Below are positions 1 to 13,479 of a stretch of DNA of 64,000 nucleotides, piece by piece. The notes under the pieces were generated by a model. It ran no database searches, had not been told where the DNA came from, and worked only from the letters and a program-made list of their open reading frames with translations. This stretch comes from the human T2T-CHM13v2.0 reference genome, Homo sapiens, in NCBI RefSeq assembly GCF_009914755.1, contig NC_060930.1; one strand, 5' to 3'. The position numbers and the translations under genes are program-made. Numbering within the stretch: position 1 is the first letter of the stretch; every line of letters begins with the position of its first letter.

Positions 1-230
1 CTGCATTTCAGCCTGCGTGACAGACTACCTCAAAAAGTTTAAGGTACTCAAAGTTAACACATTTTGGAAATCTAAGGTACAGCATGGCTATGAAAGTTCA
101 TGAGAATGTATGCTTGAGATGTGCTAAGAGTAGATCCTGAATGTTCTCATCACATACACAAATGATAAGTAAATGTGGAGGATATGTTAATTTGCTTGAC
201 TATGGTGATCATTTCACAATGTATCTGTAT

Positions 231-598
231 TTATGGTTTAAATGTTTGTTCCCTCCCAAACTCATGTTGAAATTTAATTACCACTGTAACAGTATTAAGA
301 GGTGAGACCTTTAAGAGGTGATCAGATCATGAGGGCTCTGCCCATATGAATGGATTAATGCATTTATCTGGGGAGTGGATTCCTTATAAAAGGACAATTT
401 GGGCCTTCTTTTGTCTCTCATCCTCTCTTGCCTTCCACCTTCCACCATGGGACGAGGCAGCAAGAAGGCCTTCACCAGATGCCAGACCCTCAATCTTGGA
501 TTCCCTGCCTCCAGAACTGTGAGGAAATAAATTTCTGTTCTTTATAAATTACCTAGTCTGTGGTATTCTGTTATAGCAGCACAAAATGGACTAAGACA
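231..598 (+). mobile_element. MST-type MaLR LTR inserted in an old L1 3' end
   Basis: tatggtttaaatgtttg...ctcatgttgaaattt...tgttatagcagcacaaaatggactaagaca. Confidence 0.75.
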
Positions 599-1379
599 TA
601 TATCAAAACATCACATTGTACATTGCAAATGTATACAATTTTTGTTTGTCAACTATACCTCAAGAAAGCTAGAAAAAATCAAATAGTCAAATGGATCTAA
701 AGTGTTTCTAAGTAGCAAAAGTGCTTTACACATCTATTTTGTTACCATGTTCTATGTCATATTGAAGGTGGGCTTGCCTTTCCACCTTTGGAGTGGATCA
801 TAAAGTCCTTGAAGAATGGTCTTCCCACAGTATTCAGCACACAGGAGTACCCAAGACATTTGTGTAGAGTTCCTCTGAATTAAAGCTGATGTCAACAACA
901 CTTCAGATGTCACCAGAGGGTAGGCAGGGCTGCAGAGTCACCCACCTTCAAGGATGATGCTCCAGTCATACCCAATGTGAAAGGTGTCCCCTGGAGCCAT
1001 GCAAACAAATGAGGTGGCCCCAAGAACAGGATCCTAACATCTCAGGAAGTCAGTCGGCCTTGCTTGGCCACAACTTGAGTTGCACTTAATTTTTAAACTA
1101 CCATTAATCCCCCAAAACAGGTGGTGAGAAGGTATTTTATATATGAGTGTAACGGCTTTGTTCTCATTCTAAAAGAAAGCAGATGTTATTCAAATCAGAT
1201 GACCACAACCAGATGACGGAAAGGGGAAGGCAAAATGTTTTAACTTATTAAAAATATAAACTTGACTCAGAATACTCACATGATTCAGCTAAAGAGAAAA
1301 TCATCTCTGGTGTTTAGGCACTCATTTGCATTTAAAAACCCAAAAGGAATCATTGTGACGAATTGTTGATATTAATATT

Positions 1380-1800
1380 TGTATTAACTGTCTAGGGCTG
1401 CCATACATAACAAAGTACTTTAGGCTGGGCAGCTTAAACAACAGAAAGGTATTTATTGTCTCATTTCTGAGGGCTGAAAGTCTAAGATCAAGGTGTCAGT
1501 AAGGTGGGTTCCTTCTTGGGACTCAGAGGGAGAATATGTTCCAGGCCTCCCTCCTTAACTTGCAGATGGCCCTCCTCTCTCTATAGCTCTTTAGTGTTTT
1601 CCCTCTGTATGTGTCCGTGTCCAAATTAACCCTTTTATAAGGACGCCAGTCATATTGGGTGACCTAATGACCTCATTTTGCCTTAATTACCCCTGTAAAA
1701 ACCCTGTCTCCAAATACAGTCACATTCCAAGATACTGGAGGTTAGGAATTTAACATATGAATTGAGGGGAGTGAAGAACAACCCAATCCAGCCCATGACA
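1380..1800 (-). mobile_element. MLT1-type MaLR LTR
   Basis: tgtatt...agggctgccata...gcttaaacaacagaaa...aaatacagtcacatt...cccatgaca. Confidence 0.7.
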
Positions 1801-1863
1801 GTGTCCTAGTGTTTCAAGACAGTTTCTGCACAGATAGACATGGAGACATCGTTCTATCCTTAC

Positions 1864-1960
1864 CTTGCTGATTTTAAGACTCCCTACCCCACACACAAGT
1901 TGCTGCTGTTGTTTATTTAATAAAACTGTGTAGATCACTTTCCTTTGAAACACTGATGCA
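1864..1960 (-). pseudogene. Serpin-B exon 5 3' remnant (FKGK*STQFY*IN...LKISK|gtaagg)
   Basis: TTCAAAGGAAAGTG matches the SERPINB9 FKGKW codons; ends KISK plus donor, like FKINQ/FKVSK exon ends; in-frame stops; in the right order after the exon 4 remnant. Confidence 0.6.
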
Positions 1961-2395
1961 CAGCTGTGGAAGGTGGGGTATCTGGGATTACATGCCGACA
2001 TCCAACCTTGCTGGACCTATCCGGCCCCAGGCATTGCACCAAGGACTGAGATACACTCGTGGATTTAATCATCCAAACACATCTCCTAGGAGGAAGGCCA
2101 TACATGATCCCCCCAGGCTGAGGCTTCTTAAGGCTCCCCAAGGGGAGGTGGACTTGACACACTGAATACAGGATCACTCCCAGTTGCCCAAAGAGTTTAC
2201 AGGGCAGAATTACCTTTTCATCTTTATATCCCCAGGGCCTGGGCCAAAGTCAACATTCCTACATGTTTGTTAAACTAAGCTGAACTGGAAGAAACTGCTC
2301 CAAATACCAGTGGATTCTTTGGCCGCCATGCCCTGAGCTATGTAAGGCATATGCCTCCTCCATCATTTAGTAAGAGATAACTAAAGAAATGTTTG

Positions 2396-2665
2396 GGCTG
2401 GGTGCAGTGGCTCACACCTGTAATCCCAACACTTTGGGAGGCCGAGGCGGGTGAATCACTTGAGGACAGGAGTTTGAGACCAGCCTGGCCAACATGGTTG
2501 AAACCCCGTCTCTACTAAAAATACACAAAAAAATTAACTGGGCGTGGTGGTGCATGACTGTAATCCCAGTTATTCGGGAGGCTGAGGCAGGAGAATTGCT
2601 TGATCCCAGAAGCCGGAGGTTGCAGTGAGCCCACTCTGTCTCAAAAAAAAAAAAAGAAAAGAAAA
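2396..2665 (+). mobile_element. AluS with a 3' internal deletion
   Basis: Alu consensus, polyA tail, TSD aaagaaatg. Confidence 0.9.
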
Positions 2666-2875
2666 GAAATGATTTGCTGATGACTATTGTTCTAAAGTTT
2701 TTTGTTTTTTGTCTCCCAGAATAATTAAAAATTGATTGCTTTTCCTTACCTAATAATTTTCTTATCTACCACATACCAATTTATATGTAGTAGAAATAGT
2801 TGTGGAAATAAATTTCTGTCCTTTATAAAGTACAATGCTGTTAACAACAGAAAACATAAAAATTAAAGACCCCAC

Positions 2876-2995
2876 CCTCTGTCGCTTTCACCACCTAAGC
2901 AATTGTGTGTGTTGCAGGGTCACCGCTGCAGCCTCTGCAAAGGACGGCCCCTCTGGCTTGGCCTGATACAATTTCTGGCAAGATTCTTTAAAGTT
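2876..2995 (-). pseudogene. Serpin-B exon 4 remnant (NFKESCQKLYQAKPEGPSFAEAAA...KATEG)
   Basis: Aligns to exon 4 ([25 protein letters not shown]...KTEG); 120 nt vs 118 (frameshift); acceptor AG changed to AA; donor G|gtgggg. Confidence 0.85.
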
Positions 2996-3502
2996 TTGGG
3001 GGAAAGACCCATCCTTCTTATGCCTTCATAGGAATGAGAATTCTATTCATTGCCACAATCTTTCTTGTTTCTCCATAGTCAACAACTTTTCTGAGAAATG
3101 AAAACCCTAAAAATTGTCCTGATGAGAGAGTCAGCTACCAACAATCCCAGAGTGTTGAGAAGAGAGGGCAACAGCAGCAACGGACCAGGCATAACCAAAT
3201 GGAGACGGGGCAGCCTGTTGTGGGGAGGGTCAGTCGTAAAATAATCGGCCCATTTGTCCATTGTATTCCATGACCAGATTTTAAGCTCCTTGAAGATGGG
3301 ATTCTGTCGTGATTTTGTGACCCCCCTCCCTTCACCTTGCAACACGTAGGATAGAACTCACTGAGCATTTGTCTCTGAAGAAGAAAGGAATCTTTCTTTC
3401 CCTCCCTCCCTTCCACTCGCTCTCCCTCCTTCCTCCCTCCCTCCCCGCTTCCCTTCCCCTCCCCTCCCCTGCACTCCCCTCCCCTCTGCTTCTCTTTCTT
3501 TC

Positions 3503-4216
<714 letters not shown>

Positions 4217-4278
4217 CTCCTAACTAGCTATTTTCATCCCTTTTCAAGCTTCCTAAGAGGTTACTTTCATTTAGGTTC

Positions 4279-4965
4279 GTGATATAATAAAAAATATATC
4301 TGGTGTTTATCCCCAGTTCCCGGCACAGAGCTCCTAAAACCCTTGGAATTTCCTGAGTAATGCGAGTGTGTTTTGCTATTCAAAATGAGCCGCTTTAGCT
4401 ACACCTGAGCTTATGCTGATGAGGCGGCTCTTGGTGATCCCCTGGGGAGGGAAGAAGGGCTGGGAATTGAGTTCAGCCACCAATGGCCAGTGAATTAATC
4501 AATAACACCTATGTAATGGAACCTCCATAAAAATCAAAAAGACCAGGTTGAGGGAGCATGTGGGTTAATGAACAGACAGGTGCTGAGAGGGTGGAGTGTC
4601 TAGAGAGGGAATGGAAGCTCTCTGCACGCACCCCCCACCCCCCTTAACTTGCTCTCTGCATCTCTTCCACTGGTTGTTTCTGCCTTTATAATAAACTGGT
4701 GATAATAATAAAGTGCTTTCTTGAGTTCTGTGAGTCATTCTAGTAAATTATTAAGCCTGAGGGAGGTTATGGGAATCCCCAAATTTGTACTTGGCCGGGC
4801 AGCAGTGTGAAGAGCCTGGGCACCCCATTTGTGACAGGTGTCTGAAGAGGGGGTAGTCTTGGGGGCTGAGCCCTCTAACTGGACGTTAAGTACTGTCAGA
4901 ATTGAATTGAATTGTTGGACACCCAGTTGGTGTCAAAGAACTGATTGGTGTGAGGAAAAAAACCT
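4279..4965 (+). mobile_element. MER21-like LTR
   Basis: tgatataataaaaaatatatctgg...cacagagctcctaaaacccttggaatttcctgag...ttggacacccagttggtgtc. Confidence 0.65.
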
Positions 4966-7214
4966 CTTAAAGGTCTTTACTCCCACTTACTGGTAGTGTT
5001 GCTAAGTTCATAATGCCTTTTTCTTATCACTCATGGCTTCATTAGGCTTGACTTACTGGTCTTACTTGCCTAGATTGGTCTTGAACTCCTGGGCTCAAGC
5101 CATCTTCCTGCCTTGGCCTCCCAAAGTGCTGGGATTGCGGGTGTAAGCTACCATGCCCAGCCTCAGTGTTTTTAATACACACAATAAAACTTATTACCTT
5201 AAAAATTAAACTTCTCATGTTAGTCTAAAAGAAGTTCCAAATGAGTTAATGCAAAAACACAAAATTATAAAAGCTCTAAGGAAAAAGACAAGTGAATATT
5301 TATATAATCTGAGTGTCAAGAAGACTTTCTATGCAAGACTCTGGAGGAAGAAAACAAAAAAAATACTAAAGTGGACTATTTAAATAAAAAAAGTTCTTTA
5401 CTTAAAATATTAATAACACTAATATGTAAATTAAAAGCACGGGAATTATCTTGCGATATGTATATAACATTAAGAAAAATCTATTGGTAGAGAGTGCTTA
5501 AAAACTGCAAGACAAAAAAATGAATATCCCAAGGACAAAAGTAGGCAAATAAAAATAGGCTAATTCTAAAAGAAGTATGGGTGACTAATAAATGAAAATT
5601 TAAATAATGACGTGCAATTTTCCTCCCATCAAATTATCAAAGTGATATCTGTAATGGTAAAAATATAAATAGCTGGAATGTCTGTTTTTACATGATTGAA
5701 TAATACATTATGGTTAAGTTACCTAATGGATCACAAGGTAGCCATTATAAATGATGCCAGAGAGATGTATTGACATTTAACAAAGCCCAGGCGATTTTCT
5801 GTTGCATGAAATATGCATAGGCACGAGAGCTCTGATTTAGCAGCTAAAAACATGAAGATCCAGAAATACTTTATTTCATGCATCTTTTCTTCTCCCAACC
5901 CTATTCTGGCTGAAATCGACTAAAATGAATACCACTGGCAACCTTGTTCGTGGGATATTGTACAAGAATGAGCTCTTAAATCAATGTGTCAGAAAATGAA
6001 GGAGACACAATGCTGAGGTGGTGTTCTGGATTAAAAGAATTTTAAGCAACATCACAATGAAATTTGATGCATAACCCTTGAATGGATTCTTGCTCAAATA
6101 AACAAGCTATAAAAGTATCTCCAAGACCGCTGGAAAATTTGAATATGGATTCAGTATGACAAACTAATTGTTCATTTTAATAAGTATGAGGTATTACGGT
6201 TACATAGGAAAATGCCCTTTTAAAAAATAAAAAATGCACATTTAGGGGTATATAAAAACGTATTTAGGGGTAAAAAGTAATGTATATAATTCACTGATTT
6301 TTTAAAATGTCCAATCCAATATTAAGTTCATCTGCCAAATGTTTCATTTTAAATGTTTCAGAATTTTTTTTTTTGAGATGGAGTCTCGCTCTGTCGCCCA
6401 GGCTGCAATGCAGTTGCGCAACCTCGGCTTACTGCAAGCTCCGCGTCCTGGGTTCACGCCATTCTCCTACCTCAGCCTCCCAGTAATTTTTAAGTTTCTA
6501 TTTTTCTGTTGAGGTTTTCTATCTGTTCACTCGCTATGCCATCTACTCCTTAAATCCTTTAACATATTTCTAAGAGTTGCATTGCAGTCTTTGTTAATTT
6601 TAACATTTGTCTCACTTTCGTGTGTTTTTATTGACTTTTTCCTGGTTATGGGTCATACTTACACTACGTAGGTTTAATAACTTTTTAAAATATGCTAGAC
6701 ATTTCAGCATGTAGTTGAGAGTCCAGAGATCTCAGGCCTCAGGACTAGGGCTAGTATAGCCCTAGGAGATTATTCTAAACTATTATCTAATAAAAACCAA
6801 GCTTCCACAAGATCCAAACCAACCCACCAGTTGTTTCGTATACATTGTCCAGTTTACGGTTAATAACAATGGGAGGATAACTCTTGATACTTGTTACTCC
6901 ACCTCGGCTGGAATTAGAAGTAACAAATTAGGCTCTCAGCTTTGTTACCACCCGTGACATGAGGGGTTGGGCTAGGTAAGTGCATGCATCAGAATCACTC
7001 ACCCGGAAATGCCCATTCTCAAAATTCCTGAAGTCTCAGATGGGGCTTGAAAATTCAGAGGTCTCACGAATCCTAACAATTCTAATATTGCCCATACAGA
7101 AAACCACTTAGAGCCAGATTTGATTCAACCCCAGAAGGTAACTAAAACCACCTGAGAAAGTTTTAAACACCAATGCTTAGGCTGCGATCTAAAATAATTA
7201 AGCTTCAGTGGAAA

Positions 7215-8766
7215 GTAATGTCTGAAATTTGTGGATTCTTGATCACACCTAAATTAAGCAAAAAAAGCCACAAAAACCTCACAGTGAGCGTTACAGTTCT
7301 TAAGAAAGACATAAAGACATCCAGAGCTTATTCCTTTTGACATTCAGATAGGCACAATTTTTTCTGCTAGCTAGTTCATGGCCTCATCAGCTTCAAGAGT
7401 TAACCCACAAACTTTCGTGTGAAGTATTACAGCTCCTAAAAACACAGACCCCAAGAATCAAAAAACAAAACGCACCACAGTTTAGCCTGAAGAACATAAA
7501 AAAAATCAAAAACCACCCCAACACAGAAAACAAACTCAGCACTTTGTGCTACTAGTTCAGGCAGCCTGCTTTTATTCCCTTATCTGGCCCCACCCACCTC
7601 CTGCTAATGGTCTATTTTACAGAGAGCTGATTGGTCCATTTTACAGAGAGCTGATAGGTCCATTTTACAGAAAGCTGATTAGTCCGTTTTGACAGGGTGC
7701 TGACTGGCGCATTTACAACCCTGAGCTAGACACAGTGCTGATTGGTGCATTTACAATCCTTTAGCTAGACATAAAAGTTCTCCAAGTCCTCACTCGATTA
7801 ACTAGATACAGAGCACTGATTGGTGTGTTTACAAACCTTGAGCTAGACACGGAGTGTTGATTGGTCTGTTTACAAACCTTGAGCTAGACACAGAGTGCTG
7901 ATTGGTGTATTTACAATCCTTTAGCTAGACATAAAGGTTCTGCAAGTCCCCACTAGATTAGCTAGACACAGAGCACAGATTGGTGCGTTTACAAAGCTTG
8001 AGCTAGACACAGGCTGCTGATTGGTGTGTTTACAAACTTTGAGCTAGACACAGAGTGCTGACTGGTATATTTATAATCCTTTAGCTAGACATAAAAGTTC
8101 TCCAAGTACCCACTGGACTCAGGAGCCTAGGTGGTTTTGTTTAGTGGATTCCGCTGCTTTGGCTGAGCTGCCTGCCAGTCCGGCACCAGGCACCTGCACT
8201 TCTCAGCCCTTGGGCAGTGGATGCTACCAGGCGCCGCGGAGCAGTGGGCGGCGCCCAGCAGGGAGGCTTGGGCGCATGCGGGAGCCCACCACCGGGGTCG
8301 GGGGGCTGGGGCATAGCGGGCTGCAGGTCCTGAGCCCTGCCCTGTGGGGAGGCCCAGCGAGAATTCTAGCGCGGCGCGCTCGGGCCAGCAGTGCTGGGGG
8401 GGCCAGCAGTGCTGGGGGACCCAGCACGCCCTCCGCAGCTGCTGGCCCGGGTACGAAGCCCCTTACTGGTCGCTCTAAGTGCAGGGCCTGCTGAGCCCGC
8501 CCACGCCTGCGCCCACCTGGAACTCATGCTGGCCTGTGAGTGTGGCGCGCAGTCCCGGTTCCTACCTGCGCCTCTCCCTCTACACCTCTCCTCTCCCTCC
8601 ACACTTCCCGGCAAGAGGGAGCCGGCTCTGGCCTGGCCACCTCAGAGAGTGGCTCCCACAGTGCAGCGGCGGGCTGAAGGGTTCCTCAAGCGCGGTCAGA
8701 GTGGATGCCGTGTCCTGAGGAGGTGCCCAGAGCGAGCGAGGGCTGCTAGCACGTTGTCACCTCTCA
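7215..8766 (-). mobile_element. LTR12 (ERV9) solo LTR
   Basis: 5' end TGAGAGGTGACAACGTG at 8766; GC-rich U3; tandem ~40-bp CCAAT/GATA repeats (7610-8110); AATAAAAGCAGGCTGCC TATA region at ~7560-7577. Confidence 0.92.
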
Positions 8767-9710
8767 GTGGGATTTTTGTTTGTTTTTTAATACAAGAGCA
8801 GTCTTTAAAATTGTCCCATTCATGCTCACTACTGTATCTGGGAGGCCAAAGAGAACTGACCTCATGTGTATACATAATTTTCTTTTTATTGATTTAATTA
8901 TATTGACTATTAAAACTACATGCAAGACAAAAATGCAAACACTGCAATGAGTACACTGAAAAAAGAGAAAATATCAAGGCCTAAAAAGAATTAATAGCTC
9001 CCCCAGCGATTTTTTTAATGTAGCTAAAGTTGAGAACCCCTGGATTGGGTAGTCTCTAGTATCCATTCAGCTCTGACTTCCTACAATTCCATGACACACA
9101 GGATGGAATTTGCAAAGGGAAAGGAGGGACAGGGAAGTTGCTCATCTGGGGGAGGGAAAGCAAGTTGATGGGACAAGGAAGGTTTGTCAAGTAGAATCCC
9201 CAGTTCCAAAAGACAGGACACAGGAGCATCCCAGCAGAGATGGCATCCAAGAGAGGACTCTCAAAACTGCATCATTTTCAAATTAGGCAGAAGGTCCTCA
9301 GAGTCCTGAAGTTGTCACCTACAGTGTATGATTGCCCATAGTTAGAATTATTTCTCAGGTCAGGCACACTTTCTCCATCTACAATATGAGTTTCCAGTGT
9401 AAAAGTTGGATTCATTACCTTGAACGTACTCTTATGCAATCACGGAAATTTTTTGAGCTAGAAAATTCTCCAGAGATACAGCCAACATTTTCTTGCTACT
9501 AGACAAATATATTTTATATATATATTTGTTTATATATATATAACAGTTTATAAAGCACTTTCACATGCATATTTTGCTGGATTACAAACACCTCATGTGT
9601 GATAGGCCAAGCTGATATTTTCTCTCTTTTATAAGGCTCTGAGAAGTTACGTGGCTTAGGAAAGATTCCACAGTGAATCAGAGGCAGTACGTGGACTTTA
9701 AAGCTCATAG

Positions 9711-10037
<327 letters not shown>

Positions 10038-10530
10038 TCACTCGAAGCCTACTGCCTTCCCACAAGGCAATGAAACCTTTGAGTTTATATAAAAAAAATG
10101 AGCCATGTAAGAAATTATCACAGGTGTGCAAAGTCCTAACACATTTTTCACTTCCTTTCCTATTCCAGCAGCACTGGCATAGTCGCTCCATAACCTGTGG
10201 AAGAAAATATCTAATCTGTATCAGTCAGGAGAAGCTGGATACTCTGTGGTAACAAAAAATCCCCCAAGTCTCAGTGGTTGCAGATAACAAGGTGTCATTT
10301 GTGCTTCAGGCTACAAGTCCATCATGAATAAGCAGGGACACTTGGGGACCCAAGCAAGTAGAGTAGCTATCACCTCGTATGTTGCTGATGTCATGCCAGA
10401 GGGACAAAAAGAATTCTAGAGGACCTCAAACTTTCCATTAAATACTTCAGTGTGTGTCACTTCTACACACAACTTGTTGGCCAGAACTGGTCACAAAGCC
10501 CCAAAAGGGAGCCAAAAAGAACCATCCTAC

Positions 10531-10910
10531 TGTATTAGTCCATTCTTACGCTGCTAATAAAGACATACCTGTTCTCATGCTGGGTAATTTATAAAGAAAA
10601 GAGATTTAATTGACTCACAGTTTCATATGACTGGGGAAGCCTCAGGAAACTTACAATAATGACCGAAGGGGAAGCAAACACATTCTTCTTCACATGGCAG
10701 CAGGAAGAGAATGAGAGAAGTGCAGAGCAAAAAGGGGAAAAGCCCCTCACAAAACCATCACATCTCATGAGAACTTACAATCATGAGAACCGCATGGGGG
10801 AACCACACTATGATTCAGTCACCTCCCAGGAGGTCCCTCCCCTAACACGTGGGAATTAAAGTTTGGATTACAATTCAAGATGAGATTTGGGTGGGGACAT
10901 GGACCCAGAC
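10531..10910 (-). mobile_element. THE1/MST-type MaLR LTR adjoining an older MLT1 fragment (10218-10530)
   Basis: tgtattagtccattct...gctaataaagacatacc...gatgagatttgggtggggaca. Confidence 0.75.
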
Positions 10911-11043
10911 CAATGTGGACCCAGATCACATGGACCCAGATCACTTACCATGTGCTGGAAGGGAGGAAATCCAGAAATTTCTGGCAAACAACTCTAATGG
11001 CTACAAACAATTCCTCCTCCTTATGCAGTGGAGGTCTCCTTGC

Positions 11044-11218
11044 TTGGGCCATTTGGGCAGCCACATTTCCTTCCACTCCCAGGAAGAGCATGGCCAGAGC
11101 AGAGGAGACACTTGGGACAGACAAAAGCACATTGCATGAAGGGTTTTCTTCGTATGGCTCCTTTAAAAGATGATGGCTGGAGCCATTTGCTTCAGAGAGG
11201 GCGCTCATGGTGGAGGGT
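11044..11218 (-). pseudogene. Serpin-B exon 2 paralogue (MSALSEANGSSHHLLKEPYEENPSCNVLLSVPSVSSALAMLFLGVEGNVAAQMAQ)
   Basis: Aligns to SERPINB9 aa 1-56; acceptor ttgccag| followed by a 10-nt UTR then ATG, as in SERPINB9; donor degenerated to GCAAGG. Confidence 0.9.
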
Positions 11219-11857
11219 CTGGCAACAGAGCACGGGGAGGAGTGTTTGACAGTTTGTCATCCTCCAGGAGAACAAGCAGCTCCTCAGATGGAGCCAGCAG
11301 AATGTTGGAGGGGTTGGGGGAGGAGGAGTAGCTCTTGGCTGTTGTACAGCCCAGGGAATTCGGGGGAGGAAGGGGTGACTGAGAAGCAGACTCCTCTCTT
11401 CTTCACTCACAGGCAGGGCAGAGGGACCACTAGACAAGGTTGGGTGACAGGGAGGCAGGAGGCTATGCTTGCCAGGGGGACAGCAATGCAACTGACAGCT
11501 TCCAGAGGCCATCTGATGTCAGGGAGGAAAAGTGAGGTCAGTTAGAGCCAAAATCGCTGCTCCTTTTTCTCCCCACTCACTTGCAGCCATGCTTCTCCCC
11601 GCCCTGCCCAGCACTCAGCACCTTCCCTTACGCTGCCTCCGCTGTCCAAAGACACCTCATCACATGCTCCAGAACCATCGCCTCTGCCCCAAACACCTGC
11701 ATTAACTAACGCATTAATTAACTACTTTTTTCTTCCTCCTCCTACTTCTTTTCTTCACCACCTTCCCGGAAAATTTCATAATCCACTCTCTGTAGCATTA
11801 ACTGTGCATTAAGAAGACAGCAATCTGATTCAACTAATTTTCAATAATCACAAACTA

Positions 11858-12185
<328 letters not shown>

Positions 12186-13369
12186 AACAAACCTAACATT
12201 TATGTTGAGCCCTTACTATGGTCCGTGTACTGTTGCCTAAGTACAGTATGTCACAACCCTAATTCTAAATACAACCCTTTGGGGTATCCTCCCAGATGAG
12301 GAAATCAGGTGTGGGGAGCTGTAGTCATTTAACTAAGAAGGTTTAATTTGTAAGTGGCAGAATGAGGGCCAAACACAAGCCCTCTGGCTACAGAACTCAC
12401 ACACCTAACTGCTATGCCACCTCTCAGCCATGCTGATGTCAGGTAGACGTTAGGTAGCATGACAACTATCATCAAAACACTCCCAGGGGATCTTGATTTC
12501 TGGAATTCCAGGCCACTCGGTGGGGACATTCTAGAGCAGAGGTGTGCTCATGCCCTGGCAGAGCATTCTCAGACCAGGGTCTCTGGCAAACCCCAGCGGG
12601 CCTCTTTCCATGCCCAGGCCCTTCTTCTCTTTGCCTTAGGTAAGCCCAGAATTTCTCCTCATCCTTGTCTGTCCAGGACCTGTGTTCCTCCCAGCCCTGG
12701 CCTCCATCCTGGTCCTCCTGGATGGCTTTGATGAGCTGATGCCTGGCTGAGGGCTCCGCTTCCCCAGGCTTTGGCCAGAGAGACACAGGCTCTCCCCTGG
12801 GGACCCAACTCTGGGCTGTCATCTTCAGCTTGTGTCTTGGGATGCTCCAACTCAGGAAAGGGTGCCTCCTAGGAGATGGGAGGGGGTCACAGAGGGGAGC
12901 CCTAGAGTAAAAGTATCCTGGGCACTGGCCAGTTAGAAGAAACGTTGGTGATAACACGGCCAGTGAGGCCATACTGGTGCATATTTGTGAAAGGCTGGCC
13001 CATCAGTCAGTCTTCCCCCAAGGTGACATATCTTCAGTATCAAAGTCACTGCTCATGCCAGGACATCACATCGTGGCTCTCATGGCCTCCCCATCCCAGC
13101 CCTCCCAGCTTCTACTCGGGGGTTCTCTCTGGCGACTGGGCTCAATAAACAGGAATCGAGCCACGCCCCTAAGACAATGGACACCGATGAGCCGTCCCCG
13201 CTGGTTCACCTGTATTTACACACCCAGTTTCACATCCAGTTAGACACTCTGTATCGTTATTGTCTAATCTTAGGCACACACTGTATTCCTAGACCCATTG
13301 GTCTTTCCCTGCCCTCCCCCAAAGGCAAAATGCATTTAGGGTCCCAGAGATCCCTGGGGAGACACGCAG

Positions 13370-13432
13370 CGGAGGTGACCTAAACCCAAAGCAATGGTCT
13401 ACGGAGGTGACCTAAACCCAAAGCAATGGTCT
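13370..13432. repeat. Perfect tandem duplication (cggaggtgacctaaacccaaagcaatggtct x2)
   Basis: 31-bp unit repeated with a 1-nt spacer. Confidence 0.9.
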
Positions 13433-13479
13433 GGCCCCCTCTCCCTCCTAAGCCTTCCAGCTAAGGGTTCTGCTCTTCC

